A stretch of DNA of 63,222 nucleotides, filler included, from Octopus bimaculoides (Eukaryota), in the NCBI RefSeq assembly GCF_001194135.2. It is 5 parts of 5 records of this genome, joined end to end, with 100 filler letters (N's around TTAATTAATTAA, not from the genome) between each part and the next. Parts side by side here need not be neighbours in the genome. Positions count along the whole stretch, not along the records: positions 1 to 17,052 come from NC_069006.1; 4 more parts are not named here. One strand, 5' to 3'. A program made the translations under genes and the position numbers. The notes below the pieces were generated by a model. The model made no database searches, had not been told where the DNA came from, and saw nothing but the letters and a program-made list of their open reading frames with translations. Positions 1 to 12,115 of this stretch are shown one piece after another (within the stretch, counting starts at the first letter, position 1; each line of letters opens with the position of its first letter).

Positions 1-400
1 GTATTCCATCCCTTCCAACGCTCTGCGGTGGTTTTTCTAGCAGCCGATGTGATCGTAGGTGGTCTACCTTGTCCTGACCTGGTGGGGCAGAATCTAGTTA
101 GGTCGTGGTGATCTAAGTATTCATTATTATAAACGAGCTTTAGGAGGAGGCCTAGTTCCCTCGTGTTCACTTAACGGAAGGTTACTTCACTTTCCTAAAT
201 AATTTCAACACATCTCTCTACGGCAAAGTCAATGTCAATGGATGGATAGAGAGATACTACATCCATACTGCCTATAATACAATCTGTCAGGTCATGGGAG
301 CAGCTACATTCATTGACTCTGCTGAGGAGGTCCTCAGTGCTTTCACAAACATCAGGAGACATCTCGATGTGTGGTCTTAATATCTGTGAGAGGAAGAATG
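1..400 (-). mobile_element. Penelope-like element reverse transcriptase fragment (frameshifted)
   Basis: ORF 195..488 contains ILRPHIEMSPDVCESTEDLL...IGSMDVVSLYPSIDIDFAVERCVEII, the SxDVxSLYxxI motif typical of Penelope-like RTs. It continues in another frame as LTRFCPTRSGQGRPPTIT. Confidence 0.7.
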
Positions 401-1439
401 ACAGCCTATAATTGCAATTATATATATATGCACGTTTGCATGTATGCGTGTTTGTATGTGACCACATTTGTAACTTTGATGTAAACATAACTCCGTTCGA
501 TCATGCGAATAAGGAAATGGATTAGGTTTTTCAAAGACTTAATTAGAAGAAAGATGACGGTTAGATGAAAAACGAAAATTTCTTTACTAAAAATATCTTT
601 ATATATCTTCTATATTGGTACAATGGTTTATAAACACTGTTACATTAGTTACATTTATCGTTTGTTCTCTTATTCATTAAGTCACATGTAATTTTACAAT
701 ATGATTTGATACCGATGTACATTGAGCCTTTATCTCCGTTCAAACTTCACCCAAACACCATTTTTAGGAACCAGTAACAAAGCCTCCACCATTATAAGAG
801 GATTCTGCAATAGAAAATTTGAAATATTATATTTCTTTAAAAAGTCCTTAAATATTCAACAAAAGATATAACGTTATCCCTGCACAACCTACAACCTGGT
901 AAGTATCACATGTTCCAATAGAGGGAATGTGATCAAGTTGACCATTTGGACAGCAGAGCTTGCTTCAGTGTGGCTAGGGATCAGGAGGTACGAGTCCGTC
1001 GATTGAAGAGTGAATAGTGCTCCCACAAGCTGACGGTTCATCAACCCCTGATGAGTCGCCATGGTGAAGTTTGATTGTTGAAATACTCAAAGCACTCAAT
1101 GACCCAGAAACTATCACAGATGATATATCCAGGATTATATATTTTTTAAATAATCAAGTAGAAAATTCAAAAACTTCAAATGGTTGGGAGAAATTTAAAC
1201 AATTCCGAAGTCTTTAAGAATTCGCTAACCAATTTGAACTACCTTCACCGGTAGACATTGTTGTATGTATTCAAGCATTATGGATGGTATATGGAGCACG
1301 CATTTGCTGTCCCAGCAGAATCTTTTATTGATCGCCGACCCATATTATCAGAGATCAATTCATAATAAATGTAAAACCGTTCACACTTGAGCGTGCGTTT
1401 TTTATCCTGGATCAGTGATGAATCAATCAGTGATAAACA

Positions 1440-1785
1440 GGAATAGAAGTACGACAGGAACAAACCTGACCCGGGATGTAAACCCGTATCCAAACTCAGA
1501 TCTTTGAGAGCAAACTATAGCCTTAATATATAAAGGAACGACCATCAGAAACACATACCAAAACTGTACCAAGTGGCAATGTTCCATCTCCATGGGAACC
1601 AAAATCTTTGAAGTCCCCAGAAGAGGAAAGGAAGAAATCACACGACAGGAGAGTAAAGCTCGACAAGATCGACCTCGCCTTCCACCAACATTACCATGCA
1701 GTCAATGCCATCGACTCTTCTATCCAAGAATCGGTCTACATAATCGTCAATGGCATCACCAGAAATGAAGCAGTCACAGTAGAAG
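1440..1785 (+). mobile_element. RTE-clade LINE 3' end (degenerate)
   Basis: A + frame reads KIFEVPRRGKEEITRQESKARQDRPRLPPTLPCSQCHRLFYPRIGLHNRQWHHQK*, resembling the Cys/His C-terminus of RTE/BovB-type ORF2. It runs into an N gap. Confidence 0.6.
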
Positions 1786-2595
1786 ANNNNNNNNNNNNNN
1801 NNNNNNNNNNNNNNNNNNNNNNNNNNNNNNNNNNNNNNNNNNNNNNNNNNNNNNNNNNNNNNNNNNNNNNNNNNNNNNNNNNNNNNNNNNNNNNNNNNNN
1901 NNNNNNNNNNNNNNNNNNNNNNNNNNNNNNNNNNNNNNNNNNNNNNNNNNNNNNNNNNNNNNNNNNNNNNNNNNNNNNNNNNNNNNNNNNNNNNNNNNNN
2001 NNNNNNNNNNNNNNNNNNNNNNNNNNNNNNNNNNNNNNNNNNNNNNNNNNNNNNNNNNNNNNNNNNNNNNNNNNNNNNNNNNNNNNNNNNNNNNNNNNNN
2101 NNNNNNNNNNNNNNNNNNNNNNNNNNNNNNNNNNNNNNNNNNNNNNNNNNNNNNNNNNNNNNNNNNNNNNNNNNNNNNNNNNNNNNNNNNNNNNNNNNNN
2201 NNNNNNNNNNNNNNNNNNNNNNNNNNNNNNNNNNNNNNNNNNNNNNNNNNNNNNNNNNNNNNNNNNNNNNNNNNNNNNNNNNNNNNNNNNNNNNNNNNNN
2301 NNNNNNNNNNNNNNNNNNNNNNNNNNNNNNNNNNNNNNNNNNNNNNNNNNNNNNNNNNNNNNNNNNNNNNNNNNNNNNNNNNNNNNNNNNNNNNNNNNNN
2401 NNNNNNNNNNNNNNNNNNNNNNNNNNNNNNNNNNNNNNAGTATCTTTGACTTCATGCTCTAACTATCAATATCGTATGTTACAGAATATAGTAATTAGGT
2501 ATTGTATTATATCATATTATATTATATTTACATTATATTATATTATATTATATTATATTATATTATATTATATTATATTTACTAAAGTAAATATT

Positions 2596-2745
2596 ATAGT
2601 GGTAGAGGCACCCGGCGTTGCCTAGGAATGATATTTTTCCTTATGTATTGGAAGAAAAAACGCAAAATATATTGTATAGAAATTTGTTATTGTAAATTCA
2701 ATTTATTCTTTAATTGGAAAATCAATTCTGAATCCATAATACAAG

Positions 2746-2831
<86 letters not shown>

Positions 2832-4040
2832 CGAAAATACAAAATTTACCACTTTTAAGAAGGAGATGAATTCTACCACATATGTCGAAAGAAATTACGT
2901 GAGAGCTTCTGGGTAAACAACATTCTTGCTTTCTGGTTTGGAATATAGACAAATACGTCTTGCAATCTACCTACCCTGGAGCAACCAACATAAATTGACC
3001 ATGAGAAAAACAAGCCAGTGGATTTCAAAGACTGACCTTGAGCTTTATTAATACACAATGCAAAACGAAGTCGCACTGGGAATTGTGTTCGTTAGAACTG
3101 AAAAGCCATGTCAGTTGGTTTGATTGGAATTCTTGGAATGAAAACCACTTCCTCAGAGGCACATCCAGTGATGATGGTAGCTTCTGTTACATTAGGTGAT
3201 AATGTCTTCACACTCAACCTTGTCCCATTGCATAATTTAGGAGGATCTAAATTTCTTAGAAGCATTATTGAGACTCCTACCTTCAGAAAAAGTTTACGTG
3301 GAGGAATTCCAGGTGGCTCAAGAGAATTAAGGAACTCTGTTGGGTAATGGAAAGCTTTATTTTCAGCAAGGACTGAATCAATTGATTTATTCTTCTTAAT
3401 GACAGTTGGAATCATATTCATTAATTCGTGGTTAATCCTTGCTACTGTCTCATTTTCTGGAGCAAGAATTGCCCTTTCACACAACCATTTATGTGAATTA
3501 TAATTATTACTTAATTCTGGCAATACCCTGTTCTTCAATTCAGCAATATGAGCCAAACTGATATCCCCATTCCTATCAAATGGTACTTTCCCATTTGCTA
3601 ATTAGAGGGACCTGGTTGAAAACTGTTTTGCACATTGGTCACCATGTAATAAATTAGGGTCAGGGTTAGTATTGAAGGAAAATTTCAGTATATTATTCCA
3701 TAGGTGTGAAATAAAACATGGCTTTATTTCATGAAATCTTGTTCGTCTCGGAATTACTGGTAATGTCTGTTTGGAAGTGTCCTGATAAAATTAATGTAAC
3801 TCTTCTTATAGATTTATTGTTGCTTCTGATGTTTCAACACCTTCCATTGCACTTCTATGTGATATGGTGCATTCTTCCCAAATGATAAGGTTGCATTGGC
3901 ACAACATTTCTGCTGAACAAGAATTTTTGTTTATGTTACAAATTGGAATGTCATTTATGTCCAGGTTTAGTGGTAATTTCAAAGCAGAATGAGCTGTTCG
4001 TCCTCCTGTGAGAGTGGTGGCAGCAAAGCCAGACAATCTT
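2596..4040 (-). mobile_element. Helitron remnant (PIF1-like helicase fragments plus 3' hairpin)
   Basis: ORF 3092..3556 has WLCERAILAP, YPTEFLNSLEPPGIP and IMLLRNLDPPKLCNGTRL; ORF 3806..4036 has AATTLTGGRTAHSALKLPL...LIIWEECT. The minus strand ends in a GGCAACGCCGGGTGCC hairpin-like 3' terminus near 2600-2622. Confidence 0.85.
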
Positions 4041-4389
4041 GTACCGAATATTTAAATTTGTGAACTTAGTAAATATTTCTCTCTTAGCTGTTTAGAAATA
4101 GCGAATTAAAACTTGATATGATAACATAAAAATAGAAGTGAAAACATTAAAATAAAGAGAGAGGGAGAGAGAGAGAGACGTCACTGTTTTTACGTCAATA
4201 ACAGAAGTTTACATTGAGAAACATTTTTAAGGAAGTGAATCATAGATATAAAGCAATATTTGTTTTATAATTTCTAATTACATAAATCAAATAAAGAGTC
4301 CAACATATATCCGAGGTCAAATTATTCATGCATCAAAAGTATGGAAGTAATTGGTGAAGCTGTTTTCGCGTGAAAAGCGTATACACAAA

Positions 4390-4605
4390 TACTCTCTTTT
4401 ACTCTTTTACTTGTTTCAGTCATTTGACTGCGGCCATGCAGGAGCACCGCCTTTAGTCAAGTAAATCGACCCAGACTTATTCTTTGTCAGCCTAGTACTT
4501 ATTCCATCGGTCACTTTTGCCGAACAGCTAAGTTACGGGGACGTAAACACACCAGCATCGGTTGTCAAGCGATGGTGGGGGGACAAACACACACACACAC
4601 ACAAA

Positions 4606-4674
<69 letters not shown>

Positions 4675-4701
4675 GCACACATACACACACATATATATAT
4701 A

Positions 4702-4733
<32 letters not shown>

Positions 4734-4819
4734 CGACGGGCTTCTTTCAGTTTCCGTCTACCAAATCCACTCACAAGCCTCTGGTGGGTCTGATGCTATA
4801 GTAGAAGACACTTGCCCAA
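4390..4819 (-). mobile_element. tRNA-derived SINE family A (octopus-type), with internal (AC)n/(AT)n tract
   Basis: Matches the copies at 48907-49282 and 49699-50087 (shared cttgtttcagtcatttgactgcggccatgc...gccgaac...gacaaacac and tacgacgggcttctttcagtttccgtc). Confidence 0.85.
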
Positions 4820-5591
4820 ATGTTGTTGGATTTGAATTGTCATCAATACCTTTGTAACTTTGCATTTTTTTAATCTTCAAGGTAGAAATGTGTTGACCCT
4901 ATGTAAACCCATTTTTACCTTTATGAAGAGGTGTTTTCCTTTGATCTACCCAGCATAGGTAGCTCCCAGTGGGAATTTGTGATTTGTGAATATAACTCTC
5001 TGGGTCATTGAAGCATGCGAGTCACTACACCGCAAAAAGGGCTGGACCTTGTTGTGGATAACCTGACACAATGAATTGCGATCGATGAAATAAAGGACAA
5101 ACTGGAATATGTTTGCGATTAAAACTATGAAATCGTTACCCTAATATAATTAGGTTCTAATGATTGAAACGAATAAAGAAGTATAACTCGTAAAAGTATA
5201 GTTGCACATATGTTTGTGTATATGTCTATATACAAACGTATATATATATATATATATATATTCAAGGTGATTAGGCACCAGAATTTAGTACGGTATTATC
5301 CAAAAAATGTCAAAATAAGGTGATTAAAATCAAAATAAGCTACAAGGATATCCAAAGTTNNNNNNNNNNTGTCGCAATTAGAAGGAAATATGGTCCAGCT
5401 ATGTTTATTAAACAAGCAATGGGTTAGCAATGGATTAAGCCTAATAACACTTAAGAACAGTAGCGATAACACTGAGAGGCCTTCAGCTATGCAGTTTCCG
5501 CCTAACATATCACTCACACAATCTCTATTAGACACATTAAGCATAGAACTACGTTTGACTTTATCAATGAAACAGTCATTAAGAATGTTAC

Positions 5592-5729
5592 CTTTCTGGA
5601 ATAAATTTCTCCGGTTCCGGATAGTATTTCGGGTCATAATGTAGAGCATCCACAGCGACTCTGACAATCACATTTTCCGGAATCTTTAAACCCTTTATTG
5701 TGCATGCTTTATTGCAGTGACGGCCCAAT
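5592..5729 (-). CDS. Cytochrome P450 (CYP3 clan) exon, PERF region
   Basis: Acceptor TTTGTTTCAG, donor AG|GTAACA. Encodes (T)LGRHCNKACTIKGLKIPENVIVRVAVDALHYDPKYYPEPEKFIPE(R). Phase 2 matches the exon at 11431-11519. Confidence 0.92.
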
Positions 5730-6789
5730 CTGAAACAAATATAGAGAATTTAACAAAATATAACGAAAATTCTCTATTTCATTTCTTAAATTACACTGTA
5801 CTCACACACTAACACAAATAAAAACACACGCCTTCTCTCTCTCTCTCTATCTCACACACTCACACATACACATACATGTGTGTGTACAGGCTCAAATGCA
5901 CATACACCAATGAAATAGAACCTCATGAGCATTCCAAGTATTTGATCAACGGCACTACCTATTCCTTGTATACTCATCACCACATAAGACATATTATACA
6001 CAGCATATACTTAGTATATACATTACATTCATTACATTGTTATGATGAAAAGAAAAATACAAGACAGACACTTTATGGCAAGGAATAATGGAAGATAACA
6101 TCTCAAGTTTTGAACAGAGAATAAATTATCATCGAACATTCTCATTTCAAGCTGATATAGGATATTATCTATAATAGTATTTTTTTCATTGGATCATGGA
6201 TTCTACCAAACGCATTCTTATTTTACTCTGATCTTTCTCTCNNNNNNNNNNNNNNNNNNNNNNNNNNNNNNNNNNNNNNNNNNNNNNNNNNNNNNNNNNN
6301 NNNNNNNNNNNNNNNNNNNNNNNNNNNNNNNNNNNNNNNNNNNNNNNNNNNNNNNNNNNNNNNNNNNNNNNNNNNNNNNNNNNNNNNNNNNNNNNNNNNN
6401 NNNNNNNNNNNNNNNNNNNNNNNNNNNNNNNNNNNNNNNNNNNNNNNNNNNNNNNNNNNNNNNNNNNNNNNNNNNNNNNNNNNNNNNNNNNNNNNNNNNN
6501 NNNNNNNNNNNNNNNNNNNNNNNNNNNNNNNNNNNNNNNNNNNNNNNNNNNNNNNNNNNNNNNNNNNNNNNNNNNNNNNNNNNNNNNNNNNNNNNNNNNN
6601 NNNNNNNNNNNNNNNNNNNNNNNNNNNNNNNNNNNNNNNNNNNNNNNNNNNNNNNNNNNNNNNNNNNNNNNNNNNNNNNNNNNNNNNNNNNNNNNNNNNN
6701 NNNNNNNNNNNNNNNNNNNNNNNNNNNNNNNNNNNNNNNNNNNNNNNNNNNNNNNNNNNNNNNNNNNNNNNNNNNNNNNNNNNNNNNNA

Positions 6790-7863
6790 AAGGTAATTAA
6801 AATTCATTAAAATGACAAATCTATCGGACTTTCAAATAGGTTAAATTGTTGGTGCTCGTATGCCAGTCGCTAGCGTAACGAAAACAACCGAAATTATTTG
6901 TCTATCACGAAGTATTGTCTCGTAAGTAATAACAGTCTTTGACAAAGAGAGAAAAACCTCCTCGTCGAAACAAAACTCCGGAAGAAGTTTCAGATAGAGA
7001 TCATCGGACTGATAAGAGAATTATTATAAAGGATCACAAAATACAGCTCCCAAAATTACTGCAGAACTTAATGATCACCTCGAGAACCCAGTTTCCACAA
7101 AAACTGTTCGCCGGGAGCTTCACAAAGCCGAATTTCACAGGAGGGCTGCAATCAGAAAGCCACTACTTGGACAAACAAACATTGCAAAGCGTTTAGAGTG
7201 GAGTACAATCCTACAGAATTGGTCCCTAGAGCAATGGAAGAATGTTATTTTCTCGGACGAGTCATCGTTTACCCTATTAACGACTACCGACCGAGTATAC
7301 GTGAGAAGAAAGCCAAAAGAACATTTTACCTAGACTGCCTTCTTTCAACTAATAAACATGGAGGCGAATCTGTGATTATCTGGTGCCTGTATGTCGGAAA
7401 TCCACCAGCCCAATGGTTTCCCTTCATAGCAGAGTTAATAGTCAAGACTATTTAAGCAGTTTATCTGATCAAATTCATCCTGTGGTTTCGGAACTATTTC
7501 CGGAGGGAAACTCAATATTTCAGGATGATAATGCCGCAATTCACACAGCTAAAGTTCTTACTGAATGGCATGAGGAACATCTTATCTGGCTACCACAGTC
7601 CCCAGATCTCAATATTATTGAACATTTACGGTGCATCTTGGGAAAACAAGGAGTCGATATCTTCCACCATCATCACTAAAAGAACTGGAGAGTGTTTTAG
7701 CTGAAGAATGGACAAAAATTCGTTTGGAAACAGTTCAAACTTTGTGCGAATCCATGCCTTGTGGTATTCAAACTGTAATTACTGCCAAAGGCGGTCCGAC
7801 CCCATGTTGAACATAAATTTGTTTGAAATTTTAAGGCATTTCCATTATTTTGTCCAACCCCTG
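6790..7863 (+). mobile_element. Tc1-family DNA transposon, degenerate
   Basis: Frameshifted transposase: MTNLSDFQIG, KTVRRELHKAEFHRRAAIRKPLL, IFSDES, FQDDNAAIHTAK, WLPQSPDLNIIEH (DD34E). The right end ...tccaacccctg is followed by TA. The left end lies in an N gap. Confidence 0.9.
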
Positions 7864-7894
7864 TACATATATGTGTGAGTGTATGTGTATTTTT

Positions 7895-8070
7895 ATTCTT
7901 TTACTTGATTCAGTACTTTTGCTGCGGCCACGCTGGAGCACCGCTTTTGGTCGAACAAATCACTTCCGTGACTTATTATTTGCAAGCCTAGTACTTATTC
8001 AATCGGTGTCTTTTGCCGAACCGCTATGTTATAGGGACTCAAACACACCAACATCGGTTGTCAAGCGATG
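7895..8070 (-). mobile_element. SINE family A, 3' half
   Basis: Homologous to 4390-4580. Runs into (TA)n and then an N gap. Confidence 0.75.
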
Positions 8071-9015
8071 TTACGAGGACAAAAATGGGAAATAAAAACA
8101 TACCTACATATATATATATATATATATATATATANNNNNNNNNNNNNNNNNNNNNNNNNNNNNNNNNNNNNNNNNNNNNNNNNNNNNNNNNNNNNNNNNN
8201 NNNNNNNNNNNNNNNNNNNNNNNNNNNNNNNNNNNNNNNNNNNNNNNNNNNNNNNNNNNNNNNNNNNNNNNNNNNNNNNNNNNNNNNNNNNNNNNNNNNN
8301 NNNNNNNNNNNNNNNNNNNNNNNNNNNNNNNNNNNNNNNNNNNNNNNNNNNNNNNNNNNNNNNNNNNNNNNNNNNNNNNNNNNNNNNNNNNNNNNNNNNN
8401 NNNNNNNNNNNNNNNNNNNNNNNNNNNNNNNNNNNNNNNNNNNNNNNNNNNNNNNNNNNNNNNNNNNNNNNNNNNNNNNNNNNNNNNNNNNNNNNNNNNN
8501 NNNNNNNNNNNNNNNNNNNNNNNNNNNNNNNNNNNNNNNNNNNNNNNNNNNNNNNNNNNNNNNNNNNNNNNNNNNNNNNNNNNNNNNNNNNNNNNNNNNN
8601 NNNNNNNNNNNNNNNNNNNNNNNNNNNNNNNNNNNNNNNNNNNNNNNNNNNNNNNNNNNNNNNNNNNNNNNNNATATATATATATACAGAAAGAGAGAGA
8701 GAGAGAGAGATGAATCTTTATGTACATACACAAACTTACATACACACATATGCGCATATGTACTATGACACCCTGACCTTCAGTTTTATAGTCAATTAGA
8801 ATTTATTTCCTGTGACTGCGCAATTTTGTAATTATAAGGAAAAATATCAACGTCATATTGGAGTATGTCATTTTAGAATTGGTGTAGCCTGTCCGCTAGC
8901 AATTAAATAAATGCTCTATTAACAGGATTCTTATACCAACACCATTCACACAGATGCACGTGTACACACGTACATACATACATATATACATACATACATC
9001 TCTCTACACATATTT

Positions 9016-9770
9016 TTATACTACTAAAACTCTATGTTTGGTTGCTTGGTTGCATGCTTGTCTGTAATTTAATACAGCCAAACCGGCGCATAATGGGAAG
9101 ATATTCTGGAAAGAAGTAACCCCTGAAATGTGACTACAAACGGAATAAAACAAGTTTTGCGTAAATCGGACCACGGATTCCCGATATACACGGTTTTTTT
9201 GGGTACCTTCATAAGTAGCCAAAACGGCGCACAATGGAAAATACTCCAAAAGTAACATAATCCTGAAAAGGAAGAAACTAACCTTTTGATTAGCAAGGGA
9301 CATTATGATCAATGTTTTCAGTATTTTGAAGACAAACTTAGCGACCGGAACAAGAATCTCAGAGACGTTAACTTGCCAACGCCAAATAGTATTGTCCCTA
9401 ATCACGATGTTGGCAATTTGGTGTTATTGCCTGAGTTCTAATGCCACAGAGAAGAGCAGCGACAATTTATAGAAGAGAGGGACTCTCTATTGAATAATGA
9501 GCAAAAACATGTGTACGACTTCGTTTATCACGGTTTAGAGAGGAACACATCTGCATTGATTTACATTGACGCTGAAGGTGGAACAGGAAAGACATTCCTG
9601 ATAAATAATCAATAAAACCTTCAACATGAACCAGACCTATGATTACACGAACGAAGTGAAATATTTAACTGAATTATCATGAAATTAACTTTCATTTGAA
9701 TGAATGGTGAAATCAGCTTCATTTTTTAATAACTTCAAATGTCAGTTACCCGACGTTCTCGGCTAGTCTG
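9016..9770 (+). mobile_element. Non-autonomous Helitron with helicase remnant
   Basis: About 9460-9610 translates to FIEERDSLLNNEQKHVYDFVYHGLERNTSALIYIDAEGGTGKTFLINN (Walker A GGTGKT of Helitron PIF1). The 3' end reads acccgacgttctcggctagt. An internal duplicated unit ccaaa(a)cggcgca is present. Confidence 0.7.
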
Positions 9771-9819
9771 GTATATATATATATATATATAAGCAATAAG
9801 AAATATCTGAGCTTCACGA

Positions 9820-10585
9820 CATCGTGAAGTATATTTGCCATCTAAATGCGATTAACCCTTAAGGGTAGATGCTACTGTAGCTTGTAGCGCCAGGAAGACA
9901 TGTCTTCCAGCTGGCTATTGATACAATATCTGTGCCCTATCAGTATTTGCAAACGGAAGTCATCGTTCCAATTTCCAGCCTGACGTGATACACACGGACC
10001 CAGGTTTCTGGCTATTGACCCGTAATCAGCGTGTGATAACCATCGGTTGGCGATGGGAAGAGTTGTCAATGCAAATACATATACTTTTTCCAGTGACGAA
10101 AATTCACTGATCTCGAAAAATGTAAACAAGCAACAATAAATCTCTGAGCGAGGTATAAACAGCAGCAGCACGATATCGTGAAATATATTTGCCACCTAAA
10201 TGTAGCTAACCCTTAAGGGTAGATGCTACTGTAGCTTGTAGCCCCAGGAAAACATCTCCTCCAGCTGGCTATTGGCACACCACTATTTGTGCCCTATCGG
10301 TATTTACACAGGGAAAAAGTATATATATTTGCATTGGGAACCACTTCCCATCGCCAACCGGTGGTTGTCACATGCTGATGACGGGTAAATACCCATAAAC
10401 CCGGATCCGTGTGTATCACATCCGGTCGGAGATGACAACGATGACTTCCCTTTGCAAATACTGATAGGGCACAGATAGTGTGTCAATAGCCATCTGGAGG
10501 AGATTCTTCCTGGGGCTACAAGCAACTGTAGCATCGACCCTTAGGAGTTAATCGCATTTAGATGGGAAATATACTTCAGGATATA
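9820..10585. mobile_element. MITE-like element(s) with ~130-150 bp inverted arms
   Basis: The arm taacccttaagggtagatgctactgtagcttgtagc(g/c)ccagg...gtgccctatc occurs at ~9855 and ~10208 on +, and inverted at ~10435-10575. Confidence 0.65.
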
Positions 10586-10727
10586 TATATATATATACAT
10601 CAGGATATATATATCAGGATATATATATATATATATATACATTATTTACATATATATATACATTATTTACATACATATATACATTATTTACATATATATA
10701 TATATTATTTACATTATTTATGCCCAC

Positions 10728-11017
10728 GGGCATATGGCGTAGTGGTTAAGAGCGCGGGCTACTAACCCCAAGATTCCGAGTTCGAATAACGGCAGCGACC
10801 TGATTAATAATAGTATTAATAATGATAATATAATAATAGTAACATCGTTAGGAATGAGAACCCAGGTTCGAAATTTCCCCAAGACACCTGACGAAGGTTG
10901 GAGGGTATCTCAGCCGAAACGTTGTGTTAACAACAAACAAGATGAGGACAAATATTCGTCAAATGTAAATAATGTAAATAATGTCAATAATTCCTCATCT
11001 CTTAAATATAGAACTGT
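10728..11017 (+). mobile_element. tRNA-headed SINE-like element with Penelope-type 3' segment
   Basis: A-box TGGCGTAGTGG, anticodon-like stem GGG-CTACTAA-CCC and B-box-like GAGTTCGA, followed by an AT linker and a segment containing CTGACGA...GAAACGTT. Confidence 0.65.
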
Positions 11018-11186
11018 ATATATATATATATATATATACAGTTCTATATTTAAGAGATGAGGAATTATTGACATTATTTACATTATTTACATTTGACGAA
11101 TATTTGTCCTCATCTTGTTTGTTGTTAACACAACGTTTCGGCTGAGATACCCTCCAACCTTCGTCAGGTGTCTTGGGGAAATTTCG
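10869..11186. repeat. Perfect ~318 bp palindrome centred on (TA)n
   Basis: 10869-11016 is the exact reverse complement of 11039-11186. The right arm ends at an N gap. Confidence 0.9.
10883..10928 (+). ncRNA. Minimal type I hammerhead ribozyme-like motif
   Basis: Stem I GACAC pairs with GUGUU; core CUGACGA; stem II GGUUG...CAGCC; GAAA; palindromic ACGU in place of stem III; cleavage triplet GUU. An inverted copy lies at 11127-11172. Confidence 0.55.
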
Positions 11187-11430
11187 NNNNNNNNNNNNNN
11201 NNNNNNNNNNNNNNNNNNNNNNNNNNNNNNNNNNNNNNNNNNNNNNNNNNNNNNNNNNNNNTATATATATATATACACACACACACACACATACATACAT
11301 GCATACATACATATATATATATATATATACAGATGCATATATACATTTATACATACACATGCATGTACTATAGAAAGTACAACTAAGCGGGAAGTGTGCA
11401 CTTAAGAGAACAAATGGCAAAGTAACGTAC

Positions 11431-11519
11431 GTATTTCCAATCGAGTACATCCTAAGTGTTTCATCCATGCACATGTCGAGATAAGGCAACTTCTGGATAT
11501 TGTCGTAATCGGGAATATC
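11431..11519 (-). CDS. Cytochrome P450 (CYP3 clan) exon, K-helix ExxR
   Basis: Acceptor TTGCCTTCCAG, donor GTACGT. Encodes DIPDYDNIQKLPYLDMCMDETLRMYSIGN(T), containing ETLR. Confidence 0.93.
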
Positions 11520-11559
11520 CTGGAAGGCAAAAAGGAAAATGTGTCATAACAAAAAAGAT

Positions 11560-11960
11560 CCCCTTCCGTCATGAATGACCATCGGATTGCATCTAGAATG
11601 TTATCCTCCGAGGCACAATTTTCCTCTCACCACGTCATTATGTGTTCTTAGGGTAAAGGGTAAAGACCTCCTCGGTCATCAATGACCATGTGATTGCATG
11701 AAAGACCAGCTGTCGCCGATACATATAAGCTTCCCCTCCACACGCCCCTGATTTTATCCAGGAGAAAGGCAAAGACCGATACAGCTTGGCCGATACAGTG
11801 TGATACCAGTGACATCGCAACTCATTTCTACAGCTGAGTGAACTGAAGCAATGTGAAATAAAGTGACTTGCTGAAGAACAGAACACAAAGCAGATCCGGG
11901 ATTCGAACTCACTACCTCATGATTATGAGCCCGACGTTCAAACTACTGAGCCATAACAAT
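11560..11960 (-). mobile_element. SINE family C (tRNA head, CORE/V-like body), degenerate
   Basis: cagctgagtgaactgaagcaatgtgaaataaagtgacttgctgaagaacagaac...ggattcgaactc matches 22748-22989 and 47260-47520. Confidence 0.6.
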
Positions 11961-12115
11961 ATATGTTATGTGTCTGAGCAAGATACATTATTATCCCTTC
12001 CTCCAGTTTACTCATACGAAAATCGGTAGCAAGAGAGGACAGAAGCAGCTTTCATTCTCCCTGACAGTTACTGCATAGGGTCAAAGAGTGGCTGTATGGT
12101 AAGTAGCTTGCTTAG

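Noticed and set aside
5296-5667. ORF containing GGNCIA as the P450 heme-binding exon
   Set aside because: It lacks FxxGxRxCxG, is in a different frame from the real exon at 5592-5729, and reads through the intron.
10728-10800. Functional tRNA gene
   Set aside because: The acceptor and T stems do not pair properly, the ACU anticodon is atypical, and it continues into a repeat body, so it is treated as a SINE head.
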